Of a DNA stretch of 64,000 nt, positions 19,187 through 29,040 are shown piece after piece. Numbering within the stretch: position 1 is the stretch's first letter; each line of letters opens with the position of its first letter. The stretch spans positions 13,170-77,169 of the forward strand of contig CALMWT010000012.1 in the NCBI GenBank assembly GCA_937870855.1. The letters run 5' to 3'. A program made the translations under genes and the position numbers. Below the pieces are notes generated by a model. That model did no database searches. It worked only from the letters and a program-made list of their open reading frames with translations, and had not been told where the DNA came from. The stretch is from an uncultured Taibaiella sp. (GTDB taxonomy: Bacteria; Bacteroidota; Bacteroidia; Chitinophagales; Chitinophagaceae).

Positions 19187-20449
19187 ATGAGCGACACAGT
19201 AATAAAAGTAGAAAACCTCTCTAAGCAATACCGCCTTGGGCAGGTCGGCAGCAGCTTTTTAAGCCATGACATCAACCGTGCCTGGCATAAGCTACGGGGC
19301 AAGGAAGACCCTTACCTAAAAATTGGTGAAGAAAATGACCGCACTACCAAGCGAAACAGCGACTATGTTTGGGCTTTGCGAGATATAAATTTTGAGGTAA
19401 AACACGGTGAAGTGCTGGGCATCATTGGTCGCAATGGCGCAGGTAAATCTACACTGCTGAAAATACTTAGCCGCACCACCAAACCTACTACCGGCAATAT
19501 CAAGATAAAAGGACGCGTAGCCTCTTTGCTGGAAGTAGGTACGGGCTTCCACCCAGAATTAAGCGGACGCGATAATATCTTTCTTAACGGAGCTATACTC
19601 GGAATGACCAAGGCGGAGATTAAATCGAAATTCGACGAGATCGTGGACTTTGCCGGGGTAGAGAAATATATAGACACACCGGTAAAGCGTTATTCTTCTG
19701 GCATGTATGTGCGGCTGGCCTTCGCCGTAGCAGCACATCTGGAGCCGGAAATATTGATTGTGGATGAAGTGCTGGCTGTGGGCGATGCTGAGTTTCAGAA
19801 GAAGGCCTTGGGCAAGATGAAGGATGTGAGTACCAAAGATGGGCGAACGGTGTTGTTTGTGAGCCATAATATGATAGCTGTGGAAACACTTTGTACTTCT
19901 GCTATACTGTTAGAAAATGGATCCGTGTTTGATGAAGGAATTCCTGGTTTAATGATAAAGCACTATATAGGTAAAAATGCTGATTTAAAAAGGGGCTATA
20001 AACATGAATCCAATAATACATTGGGTAATGATAACATATCATTGCTATATGCTGCCATTGAGAATGCCAGTGTTGCTGATAAAAATGAAATGATAGATGT
20101 GAAAACTGAAATTGATGTGAGATTAATATTCATCAACAAAACGAAGAAGGACATAATCTCTGTTGGGTTTGATCTGAAAACAATAAAAGGGGATACCATT
20201 TTTGGTTCAGGTAATAAGTTTATTTGCCCTATAGGTGAAGAAACTGAATTGACCTGCAGAATCCCTGGCAATTTTTTGAATAATGATACTTACCAATTGT
20301 TTTTTTACTTTCATTCAGATGAAATGGATCCATTACTTGCCTTACCAGATTTATTGACATTTGAAATAAAGGATTTGGAAAGAGAAAGTGGATATATAGG
20401 AAAAATAAATGGTTTTTTAAGACCTCAACTAATATGGCATTTTGATTAA
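19187..20449 (+). CDS. wzt: polysaccharide ABC transporter ATPase (Wzt/TagH family) with C-terminal extra domain, copy 1
   Basis: Walker [10 protein letters not shown], signature YSSGMYVRL, Walker [14 protein letters not shown] prefer the ATG at 19187 ([11 protein letters not shown]), which aligns with the start of paralog 47206. A ~170-aa non-NBD C-terminal domain follows. Confidence 0.92.
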   Translation: MSDTVIKVENLSKQYRLGQVGSSFLSHDINRAWHKLRGKEDPYLKIGEENDRTTKRNSDYVWALRDINFEVKHGEVLGIIGRNGAGKSTLLKILSRTTKPTTGNIKIKGRVASLLEVGTGFHPELSGRDNIFLNGAILGMTKAEIKSKFDEIVDFAGVEKYIDTPVKRYSSGMYVRLAFAVAAHLEPEILIVDEVLAVGDAEFQKKALGKMKDVSTKDGRTVLFVSHNMIAVETLCTSAILLENGSVFDEGIPGLMIKHYIGKNADLKRGYKHESNNTLGNDNISLLYAAIENASVADKNEMIDVKTEIDVRLIFINKTKKDIISVGFDLKTIKGDTIFGSGNKFICPIGEETELTCRIPGNFLNNDTYQLFFYFHSDEMDPLLALPDLLTFEIKDLERESGYIGKINGFLRPQLIWHFD

Positions 20450-20814
20450 TGGAAAAGAAAATTTTAATTACCCAATCAAATTATATTCCTTGGAAAGGAT
20501 ATTTCGACAGTATCGCTAAATGCGATGTGTTTGTGGTTTATGACGACATGCAATACACCAAGCGGGATTGGCGAAATCGAAATTTGACAAAAAACGCCGG
20601 AAGGTGCGAAGAGAATTGATAAAATATATAGACAACTGTGTGGCATTAATTGCGTCTTCCATTACATGAGTCTTCACCAAAGCCCTTAATATAAACCAAG
20701 ACATGATGGTAGAGATCTGTGGATGGCTGACTACTATTCTGAAAGATTGATTCGTCTCCCTTTCCATCTTGGACTTTAAAAGATATAATGTAGAGTACGT
20801 TTGCAGACAAGTAT
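20449..20814 (+). pseudogene. chimeric remnant: WbqC-like 5' end (~55 codons) joined to a WecE-type aminotransferase 3' end, with frameshift and nonsense
   Basis: [45 protein letters not shown] nearly matches the N-terminus of the 39157 product. After a +1 shift in the A6 run (20589-20594) it reads KTPEGAK and then [54 protein letters not shown]. Compare the WecE tail SVFHYVPLHKSPYY...SERYADTLLRLPFYMEL. Confidence 0.8.
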
Positions 20815-21975
20815 ATGATTTCTATAATCAATAAAAAACGCATTCTGTGGGTCGTTTTTGATTTTGTTCAAGCCGGTGGCCAACGCTACGTTTATGAAAT
20901 TTGCAAAGCGTTAGATAGGACGGCATATGAACTTCATTTTTTAAGGGCTACTTCATACGGTCACGATACGAATTGGGACGTTGAACACTACCACTCAAAA
21001 ACTACCGAATTGGGATGTGAGATTTTTTTGTTAGAAGACATTCTTTCCAGTAGAAATGAATTCAACCGAACAAGTCGATCGGTTTTTCCTCACCTTTCGT
21101 TGCGTAAAAACAGGTATCAGGAACAAATAAACTTAACATCCTTTTTTGCGATGTATGATATTGTGAACTTTTCTGGAGTAGGCGTGTATGATTTGGTATG
21201 CAACAATTATAATGTGCATCCGACCAATTCCCTTATACATGTGTTGACCGCTAAGTTTCAAGACGAAAAAATGTACGACAATTATCGTAAAGATTTACCG
21301 TATCATTTTGTTTGCGCAACTCCCATTGAGTTTTTGTCTGAAGAGTTGTCTGATTTTACCAACTTCAAGTATACTTACTTCCCTTTATCTTTTGATACTG
21401 ATGGTTACAAAACGTTGATCACCAATGAAGCAAAGAAGGGTGCATTCCAAATTGCACTTTTTACTCGACTGTCTCCTTTGAAACCACTTGATCCTTTTTT
21501 TTACGCGATTAAGCTTTTGCATGAAGTGGGACTAAATGTGAATTTAAACGTTTTCGGAGCTGGAAATCCCAAAGAGCTCGGTTTGACAAGACAGCTCGCA
21601 TACTTACATATAAAAGAAATAGTTGATTTCAAAGGGCATGTTAAGTCAATCCAAGATACATTACAATCAAATCCTCCAGATCAAATTTGGTTTCAAGCGG
21701 CGAATGGTCAGCCCGGTGGATATGCGGCTTTGGAAACATGCCTAACTGGTTTACCACATCTTTTCTGGGAGTTCGCGAACATTGGCAATGACGACACTGA
21801 AGGCGCAATTCGAACTTTTACTAAACTTCATGATTTCGTAGAGACTTCCGAGCATCTGCTAAACGATAAAAAAGCCGCGCTATCCCTTGGATTCCAGCAA
21901 CAGAAATATGTAAGACAGGCTCATTCGATCAATAACCATATACACATCCTTGAAAAAATATTCAACGCTTTTTAA
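20815..21975 (+). CDS. divergent GT-B fold glycosyltransferase-like protein
   Basis: 386 aa. N-terminus KRILWVVFDFVQAGGQRYVYEI and C-terminus GQPGGYAALETCLTGLP resemble GT4 topology, but the usual E-x7-E motif is degenerate. Confidence 0.4.
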   Translation: MISIINKKRILWVVFDFVQAGGQRYVYEICKALDRTAYELHFLRATSYGHDTNWDVEHYHSKTTELGCEIFLLEDILSSRNEFNRTSRSVFPHLSLRKNRYQEQINLTSFFAMYDIVNFSGVGVYDLVCNNYNVHPTNSLIHVLTAKFQDEKMYDNYRKDLPYHFVCATPIEFLSEELSDFTNFKYTYFPLSFDTDGYKTLITNEAKKGAFQIALFTRLSPLKPLDPFFYAIKLLHEVGLNVNLNVFGAGNPKELGLTRQLAYLHIKEIVDFKGHVKSIQDTLQSNPPDQIWFQAANGQPGGYAALETCLTGLPHLFWEFANIGNDDTEGAIRTFTKLHDFVETSEHLLNDKKAALSLGFQQQKYVRQAHSINNHIHILEKIFNAF

Positions 21976-22069
21976 AGTATTAATGGAATGCTGCCCTTGA
22001 ATTACTATAGATTGATGACTGCTCTTTTCACTGTCGCAGTTATTAGTTGATTGACAAACTACCTAAAAA

Positions 22070-22774
22070 ATGGCAGCAGACAATTTTATTGATGTCCCCT
22101 TTTCCCTAACCAATCTCGACCGCTACATAGCACGTACGGCAATTTTCAATGCATTACGTAACAGTCTCTATCAACTAGATGGCGAACTGTTGGATATAGG
22201 ATGTGGCAAAATGCCATATAAAGGGTATATACTAAACAATTCGTCTGTTACTACTTATACAGGGCTGGATATTGAAGATGCGCTCACTTATGACTCCGCG
22301 GTTAAACCGGATTTTTTCTGGGAGGGGACTAAGATGCCTTTTCAGGATTTGAGTTTTACCACGGCGCTCGCAACGGAAGTGCTGGAACACTGCCCGGATC
22401 CTTCTGTTGTGATAGCCGAGACCTACCGTGTACTTAAAAAAGAAGGGGTACTTTTTTTCACCGTACCGTTTTTGTGGCCGCTTCATGAAGTGCCGCACGA
22501 TGAGTTTCGCTATACGCCTTTTTCATTGGAGCGCCTTCTTAAAAACGCCGGCTTCCAACATGTTGAATTACATGCAACCGGAGGCTGGCACGCATCAATG
22601 GCACAGATGCTGGGTTTGTGGGTACGCCGAAGTCCGTTATCTTCCCGAAAACGTGCAGTCCTGAGCCGGCTACTCAGACCCGCTATTGGCTATCTGGTCT
22701 CAAAAGATCAGGAAAACATTTCGTTCACAGAAGGTCAAATGATAACAGGCTTATACGGCATTGCAAGAAAATGA
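22070..22774 (+). CDS. class I SAM-dependent methyltransferase
   Basis: LLDIGCGKMPYKG (motif I) and VLKKEGVLFFTVP. Confidence 0.75.
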   Translation: MAADNFIDVPFSLTNLDRYIARTAIFNALRNSLYQLDGELLDIGCGKMPYKGYILNNSSVTTYTGLDIEDALTYDSAVKPDFFWEGTKMPFQDLSFTTALATEVLEHCPDPSVVIAETYRVLKKEGVLFFTVPFLWPLHEVPHDEFRYTPFSLERLLKNAGFQHVELHATGGWHASMAQMLGLWVRRSPLSSRKRAVLSRLLRPAIGYLVSKDQENISFTEGQMITGLYGIARK

Positions 22775-23880
22775 CTTTTAACACGCTAGCAGTTTTTTCC
22801 CCTAATCAAAATGCTTATTCTGAGACTTTCATTCAGGCGCATAAACAATTACCATTTCAAATTAAGTATTACTATGGAGACTTTCTGCCTACAACTTTAG
22901 ATGAAAGCATTTTACAACCGCCGCTATGGTCGCAACGCGTTTTAAATAAGCTGCGTAATCATTTTAACGCGCGCGAACTTAGATTACTTCGATCATTACG
23001 GAAAGAGCGAATAAATTGTGTTCTTGCAGAGTATGGGCCTACTGGATGTGAAACATTAAGAGTCGTAAAACATCTGGGATTACCTTTAATAGTGCATTTT
23101 CACGGCTTTGATGCAAGCGAAAGTCAGACGATTGAGAGGTATAAGGATTTGTATATTGAACTTTTTGAATATGCCAGCGCAGTAATCGTTGTCTCGAGAA
23201 AAATGGTCGCCGACCTGATCGGATTAGGATGCCCTCAGGCTAAAATCATTTATGGTGTCTGTGGCCCTGACAATCAATTTCTGTCTGTCTTACCGAAGTA
23301 CGCTCAACCATTTTTTATTGCTGTAGGACGCTTCACCTATAAAAAGGCTCCGCATTTGACAATACTCGCCTTTTCAAGGGTAGTCAAGCAATTCCCAAAC
23401 GCTAAACTAACAATGGTTGGCGAGGGGGAATTGTTACCAGTAGCTCAGGAATTAGTGCGGGGACTAGGGCTGCATGCGAATGTTGAGTTTAAAGGAATGC
23501 AAACAACAAGTCAAATTCTTAGGTTATTTGAACAATCGATGGCGTTCGTCCAGCATAGTGTTGTCGCATACAATGGAGATGCTGAAGGAACCCCAGTCGC
23601 AGTGTTGGAAGCTCAAGCAGCTTCGCTTCCAGTCATTGCAACGACCCATGCTGGTATCCCGGATGTCGTGGAGCATGGCACAACAGGGCTATTGTGCTCC
23701 GAACACGATGTTACAGGTATGGCTGACAACATGATACGCTTACTTTCCAGCCCTGCTTTATGTGAAAAACTAGGTAAGAATGCTAGAAAGAGGGTACTTG
23801 ATCAATTTACCTTGGAACGACATCTTTTCATTTTAGCCCAAACGGTTCGGACTGCCATTCAGAAAACATATGGGAATTAG
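22771..23880 (+). CDS. glycosyltransferase family 4
   Basis: The ATG at 22771 overlaps the upstream stop (ATGA). GT4 motif GDAEGTPVAVLEAQAASLPVIATTHAGIPDVV. The ORF-track start at 22618 would overlap the methyltransferase by 150 nt. Confidence 0.85.
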   Translation: MTFNTLAVFSPNQNAYSETFIQAHKQLPFQIKYYYGDFLPTTLDESILQPPLWSQRVLNKLRNHFNARELRLLRSLRKERINCVLAEYGPTGCETLRVVKHLGLPLIVHFHGFDASESQTIERYKDLYIELFEYASAVIVVSRKMVADLIGLGCPQAKIIYGVCGPDNQFLSVLPKYAQPFFIAVGRFTYKKAPHLTILAFSRVVKQFPNAKLTMVGEGELLPVAQELVRGLGLHANVEFKGMQTTSQILRLFEQSMAFVQHSVVAYNGDAEGTPVAVLEAQAASLPVIATTHAGIPDVVEHGTTGLLCSEHDVTGMADNMIRLLSSPALCEKLGKNARKRVLDQFTLERHLFILAQTVRTAIQKTYGN

Positions 23881-23950
23881 GTTTATAGTTGAAGTTGCAC
23901 CTTGATGAAAGCGTAGCAAATATATTTCATGTTCTGAGACTGTCAGGGCC

Positions 23951-23977
23951 CTCAATTGGCAGGACTCTCAATTGGCA
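23951..23977. repeat. direct repeat CTCAATTGGCA x2 (16-nt period), each copy containing the palindrome CAATTG
   Basis: Read directly: ctcaattggca ggact ctcaattggca. Confidence 0.9.
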
Positions 23978-24103
23978 ATTTTTTAGAGCCAACACTCTTC
24001 ACCCTAGGAGATTGCATGATCGCAAAACTTTGTCGTATCTCGAAAGTCTATGGTTACGGTATTGTTAAGATTATAAGACTATATTTTTGTACACAAAAAT
24101 CCT

Positions 24104-24650
24104 TTGGATACTTTTAGGGCTGAATTGAAAAGGATAAGAAAAAAACGGGCTGTTAATTTGGATTTCCAAAAAAAAGCAAGGCATGTCCAGCGCCTTGACG
24201 GGATTATTCTCCATCCAGCTAATACTAAAGATGTAGAACTAACGCGAGCCATCTATAACTATCCCACTTTACCAGTTTTCCCCGGGTTTTACGATTTGAA
24301 TTTGACATTGCAGTCGGACTCCCTCGAAATACGATTAAATCACCAATTAAAATCCTTGTCGGAAACTCGGCTTATTCTACTAATAACCACATCGATGCAT
24401 TGAAAAACTTAGGGCATTACCCCAAGCCTATAATTTTGTCCTCTATCGTATGGCGACTCAAAATATTGCGATTTAGTAATAGACGAGGGCTATAGACGAT
24501 TCGGATCACGGTTTCGCCCGCTTACGACATTACTAAAATATGCTTAATTGTCGGTGCTACTTGTTTGCTGATATCCAACTGAGATAGCATGACATAGTAA
24601 CTCTAAACATTAGCTGTTCAAAACAATTAGCAAAGGCTTATTTTTTCATA
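24104..24650 (+). pseudogene. decayed WecF-like (GT56, TDP-Fuc4NAc:lipid 4-alpha-fucosaminyltransferase family) gene fragment
   Basis: Three frames must be joined: ...PTLPVFPGFYDLNLTLQSD / PIKILVGNSAYSTNNHIDALKNLGHYPKPIIL / LSYGDSKYCDLVIDEGYRRFGSRFRPLTTLLKYA*. Further in-frame stops follow. From memory, E. coli WecF has ...YFPTRMDPSLN...MTILVGNSGDRSNEHIAAL...VVVPMGY. The N-terminal ~100 aa and the C-terminal end are missing. Confidence 0.6.
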
Positions 24651-24661
24651 CTCAATATAGC

Positions 24662-25900
24662 ATGACACAACCTGCAATAGTAATCGCAGCTTACAATCGT
24701 CCCCATTCGTTAAATCGTCTCCTGACGTCAATCCATAACGCCAACTACGAGCAATATTCTAACATTTCATTAGTAATTAGTATAGATGGCGGTGGACCGA
24801 AGGAGGTGCTCGAACTGGCCCATAAGTTTGAATGGACTAATGGGGAAAAGACAATTGTTAGTCACAACGAAAATATAGGATTACGTCAACATATCGTTTC
24901 GTGCGGTAATTTGACTGAGACATATGGTTGTGTCCTTTTGCTTGAGGACGACTTATTCCTTAGTACTCATTTCTACGATTATGCTGTTAAGGCAACATCT
25001 TTTTACCAAGAAGAGACGAGCATTGCTGGCATATCTTTAAACAATTATCTGGACAATGAGTATATAGATGTGCCTTTTTGTCCTTTGCAGAACGGTTATG
25101 ATGCGTTTTTTATGCAAATTCCGAGTTCTCGCGGACAAGTGTGGACACGGAAGCAATGGCGAAAATTCAAGGAATTCTACAATGCTAATCCGATTATCGG
25201 GAATACGGACAGACTGCCCGAATCGGTAAAATGTTGGCCAGAGTCATCATGGAAAAAATACTATTATAAATACATGGTAGATCATGACTTGTACTTTGTC
25301 TATCCATATTGCGCTCATAGCAGCAATTTTGGAGATATCGGGACACATTCAAAAACGAACACTGCAGTGTTTCAAGTTCCTTTGATGAACGTCCGAAAGG
25401 AATACGCTTTTCCGAGATTAGAAGAATCCGCGGTTATCTATGATGCTTATTTGGAACTATTAGCACGCTGTTTTTGGCGAATGGGAGTTAAAATAGGGGT
25501 TGATTTCTGTGTTGATTTGTACGGAACCAAGCAGTTGGACTTGTTTATAAATGAGTATTGGCTTTCTACAAAAGATACCTCCTGTCCTATCGAACGCTTC
25601 GCAATCGATTTAGTTCCAATGGAAAATAATATCTTGTTAGGATTTCGGGGTGATGAGGTTTCTTTTGGACGTAGGGAGCATTTTGGAAAGAATGTGGATG
25701 CCAATTTATACGATAAAATTTCCTGCCAATACAACACCGTGGCATATGATAATGGATACCGACAGGGCTATCGAAACGGGGTGGGGACTTCAAAAACGAC
25801 AATTACATATAGAATTGGACACTATCTTTTATATCCATTAAGACTCTTTAAAAAAACTATAACACGACAATCGACTCAAATCGGATCAACGCCAACTTAG
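24662..25900 (+). CDS. GT-A fold glycosyltransferase (GT2-like)
   Basis: PAIVIAAYNRPHSLNRLL...ISIDGGG...VLLLEDDLFLS (DxD-type). Its N-terminal domain is paralogous to the product of 62630..63559. Confidence 0.55.
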   Translation: MTQPAIVIAAYNRPHSLNRLLTSIHNANYEQYSNISLVISIDGGGPKEVLELAHKFEWTNGEKTIVSHNENIGLRQHIVSCGNLTETYGCVLLLEDDLFLSTHFYDYAVKATSFYQEETSIAGISLNNYLDNEYIDVPFCPLQNGYDAFFMQIPSSRGQVWTRKQWRKFKEFYNANPIIGNTDRLPESVKCWPESSWKKYYYKYMVDHDLYFVYPYCAHSSNFGDIGTHSKTNTAVFQVPLMNVRKEYAFPRLEESAVIYDAYLELLARCFWRMGVKIGVDFCVDLYGTKQLDLFINEYWLSTKDTSCPIERFAIDLVPMENNILLGFRGDEVSFGRREHFGKNVDANLYDKISCQYNTVAYDNGYRQGYRNGVGTSKTTITYRIGHYLLYPLRLFKKTITRQSTQIGSTPT

Positions 25901-25904
25901 TTAG

Positions 25905-26804
25905 ATGGAGCATCCCGTAATTTCTATAGTTACACCTACTTTTAATCAAGGACATTTAGTCGAAGAAACGATCGTTTCTGTGCTTGATCAAATGTATCCA
26001 CATCTCGAGTACATTATAATGGATGGTGGGAGCACGGATAACACGGTAGAAATAATTAAGAAATATGAGAAGTACATCACAATGTGGCGTAGCGAACCAG
26101 ACTGTGGACAGGCAGATGCCATTAATAAGGGTCTAAGATATTGTACAGGTACGATCTTCAATTGGTTAAATTCTGATGACTACCTCGAAAAGAAAGCATT
26201 ATTCCACATTGCGGGGTTATTTAGAGGGGAGGTTGATGCGGTTGCAGGTGGCGTTAGGATTTTTTCTTCTAATACCAGCTATACTGTACAAAACAGGAAC
26301 TTGTCAGCACGTGGAATTTTGCTTTGGAATGATGGGGTAGATTTTGTTCAGCCTGGGGTTTGGCTCAGAAGGGAGTGTATTCCTATATGTGGTGGAATAG
26401 ATGAGCGGTATCATTACTCCTTTGATTGGGATTTTTATATAAGGTACTTATACTTTTTCGGGAACGTCCTAGAAACGGATAAGTTGTTGGTTCACTTTAG
26501 ATTGCATGACTCATCTAAAACAACCAAGTTTCAAGAGGGTTTTGTCAGTGAGCAATATGCCATTGCACAAAAGATATTGCTGGATAAAAATTTTTCATTG
26601 TTGCATCAAGATTGTATTAAAAAGTTACAAGGTAGAAAGTTCGCAGAAACAATCGATGCCATTTTAAATACGGATGCAGATTTCCATAATAAAATTATCA
26701 ACATACTAAAAGCAGGTATTACCTACAAGAGATACGCATTTTCTCGTATTATATTTGGGGCTTTGAGAAAGGTCTTAAAACAGCAAATGTTTAAAATTGA
26801 ATAA
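25905..26804 (+). CDS. glycosyltransferase family 2
   Basis: ISIVTPTFNQGHLVEETIVSVLDQMYPHLEYIIMDGGSTDNT...NSDDY. Confidence 0.85.
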   Translation: MEHPVISIVTPTFNQGHLVEETIVSVLDQMYPHLEYIIMDGGSTDNTVEIIKKYEKYITMWRSEPDCGQADAINKGLRYCTGTIFNWLNSDDYLEKKALFHIAGLFRGEVDAVAGGVRIFSSNTSYTVQNRNLSARGILLWNDGVDFVQPGVWLRRECIPICGGIDERYHYSFDWDFYIRYLYFFGNVLETDKLLVHFRLHDSSKTTKFQEGFVSEQYAIAQKILLDKNFSLLHQDCIKKLQGRKFAETIDAILNTDADFHNKIINILKAGITYKRYAFSRIIFGALRKVLKQQMFKIE

Positions 26805-27942
26805 AAGGAAAATTTTAATAGTCATACATGAGGCAAGCTTAAGTGGTGCCAATTTGGCACTCTTAGAATCACTAGAGTGCATTGAGCCAGAATTCGACTT
26901 TGTATTCGTAATGCCATCGTATGGTCCGATCATTGATCGTCTGAAGAGCGTTCAGCCACTCGGTGAGGTGATAATTAAGGATTTTCGTTGGTGGATGTCG
27001 GGCAAACTTCCGTCGTTTCGTTTCTATAAACTGAGAAGTCTTATAAGGAATGCAATTGCAGTTTGGGATTTAAGAAAGATTTTGAAAGAATGCTTAATCA
27101 GCGATGTATTCTCAAACACACTTGTAGTTCCTATAGGGCCAATTCTTGCGAGAATTTTAGGTGTTCGTCACTACTGGTACATACATGAGTATGGGAAGGA
27201 AGACCACAACTTGCAGTTTATGTACGGAACCAAGCTTTCGTACTTTTTTATAAAAAAATGGGGAGGAACAGTTTTCACCAATTCCCGAACTTTGTCAAAT
27301 TATCACTCTTCATATCTAAAAGTGGATATTCCGGTTGTTTATTATACTGTTAAAACGCCTCAAATAGAGAAAGCCGAGGGCTTCTTTTACGATTCGCATG
27401 TTCTACGATTGATATTGTATGGAAGAATCGTGCCGTCAAAGGGACAAAAGTTGGCTTTAGAAGCTTTGTTATTATTGAAACGTTCTGGGTACAATAATGT
27501 GCGTCTTACTATTATGGGATCGATTGACGATATGAAGTACTTTAATGAGATAGCTGAATATGCAAAAAGCGTAGAGATAGATAGTCTCGTTCGATTTATT
27601 CCTCATGAAAACCAACCATTTCATGAAGTGTGTAAACATGATGTCGTATTGAACTGTTCGAAACGGGAAGCTTTTGGAAGAATTAATATCGAATCAATGA
27701 AATTAGGTTTATTAATTCTTGCAACTGAATCAGGCTCAAGTACTGAGCTTATTCGTCATAATATGACAGGCTACATATATAAGGCAAATGCAGCTAGTCT
27801 TGCAGAATCAGTAGAAAAAATAATTAACTCACCAAAAGAGTCGTTGTTAAAAATAGTTACAAATGGCAGAAAATATGCTCATTCTGAGTTTAGCGTAATC
27901 AATCATAAGATAAGTCTTTTATCAATCCTTTCAAATGTGTGA
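26797..27942 (+). CDS. glycosyltransferase family 4
   Basis: TTG start overlapping the upstream stop by 8 nt. SKREAFGRINIESMKLGLLILATESGSSTELI. Confidence 0.8.
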   Translation: MNKRKILIVIHEASLSGANLALLESLECIEPEFDFVFVMPSYGPIIDRLKSVQPLGEVIIKDFRWWMSGKLPSFRFYKLRSLIRNAIAVWDLRKILKECLISDVFSNTLVVPIGPILARILGVRHYWYIHEYGKEDHNLQFMYGTKLSYFFIKKWGGTVFTNSRTLSNYHSSYLKVDIPVVYYTVKTPQIEKAEGFFYDSHVLRLILYGRIVPSKGQKLALEALLLLKRSGYNNVRLTIMGSIDDMKYFNEIAEYAKSVEIDSLVRFIPHENQPFHEVCKHDVVLNCSKREAFGRINIESMKLGLLILATESGSSTELIRHNMTGYIYKANAASLAESVEKIINSPKESLLKIVTNGRKYAHSEFSVINHKISLLSILSNV

Positions 27943-28915
27943 AGATCCATTGGTAACTATCGCTATTGTAGCCTATAATTCCGAGAGGTACATTTCTATG
28001 GCTATAGATAGTGTGCTTAGTAGCAATTATCGGCATTTTGAATTGATAATCTCTGATGACAATAGCAAGGACAAAACCTGGAGCATCATACAGTCTTACG
28101 ATGATCCCAGGATTAGGGCTATGCGTAATGTGACGAACTTGGGAGAATATCCCAACCGCGAACAATGCATAAGATTAGCCAAAGGAGAATATTTCATTTT
28201 TATAGATGGTGACGATATGATGTATCCTCATGGCCTTGAATTTATGACCAGAATGCTACATGCATTCCCGCAATGCGCAATGGCGCTGATGTGGGGTTAT
28301 AAGAGCAATCTTTTTTACCCGGTTGTCGTGTCGCCTCAACAGTTCTTTCAGGGGATTTATTTCAGGTATGGACTTAATAGCATTGCCTTTGCGAATACTT
28401 TTTTCAGGACGTCCGTGCTAAAGGAGGAAGGAAAATTTCGCAAGGGAACGACAACTGGTGATGCTTGCCTCCGAATGAAGATTGGACGGAAATATCCCTT
28501 GTTGCTCATCAGTGATCAGCTCACTTTTTGGCGTGAAACCCCAGGGCAGGCTTCGTCTCGACTTCAAAACAATTTCCAGGCGATAACAGAGCATTTTGAT
28601 CGGCAATTTGAGCAGTTGCTTTTATCACCGCTTTCAGACCAAGAAAAGGTGCTGGCACGGCGTAATTTACGCATACAAGTAATTTACGCAGTGGTAGGAT
28701 TGATAAAGAAGTTGAGGGTTAGGGAAGCACACAAATTGCTGCGACATTATCACTTGTCTCCGGCAGCTTTCAGATACTATCTGCAAAAGCCAACCTATAT
28801 GGACCCTTTCTCAGATTATACTCCTGACAATGTATTTATGCAGCCGATATCAAAGAACCCTTTTTCCAAGGGAGATAAACCTCCAGGAAGTATAGAACCG
28901 ATAGGTATTAAATAA
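27935..28915 (+). CDS. glycosyltransferase family 2
   Basis: VTIAIVAYNSERYISMAIDSVLSSNYRHFELIISDDNSKDKT...FIDGDD. Confidence 0.85.
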   Translation: MCEDPLVTIAIVAYNSERYISMAIDSVLSSNYRHFELIISDDNSKDKTWSIIQSYDDPRIRAMRNVTNLGEYPNREQCIRLAKGEYFIFIDGDDMMYPHGLEFMTRMLHAFPQCAMALMWGYKSNLFYPVVVSPQQFFQGIYFRYGLNSIAFANTFFRTSVLKEEGKFRKGTTTGDACLRMKIGRKYPLLLISDQLTFWRETPGQASSRLQNNFQAITEHFDRQFEQLLLSPLSDQEKVLARRNLRIQVIYAVVGLIKKLRVREAHKLLRHYHLSPAAFRYYLQKPTYMDPFSDYTPDNVFMQPISKNPFSKGDKPPGSIEPIGIK

Positions 28916-29040
28916 AATTAGTATTTCTGCTCGCTGGACAGAGAATCACCAATATTCAAAAATTATCGTCTGCATGATTCCAATTTATTCTGTTGTTTTC
29001 CAGTGTTTCACCGTGGCAACCCAAACCGAAATCGCAAGTA

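Noticed and set aside
20516-20843. Minus-strand ORFs of 83 and 65 aa
   Set aside because: They run antisense to the wbqC/wecE remnant and to the start of the next gene. I see no motif or coding signature.
24104-24403. 99-aa ORF as an intact small gene
   Set aside because: Its C-terminal part, and the sequence after it in other frames, align to a WecF-like protein. It is best explained as one frame-fragment of a pseudogene.
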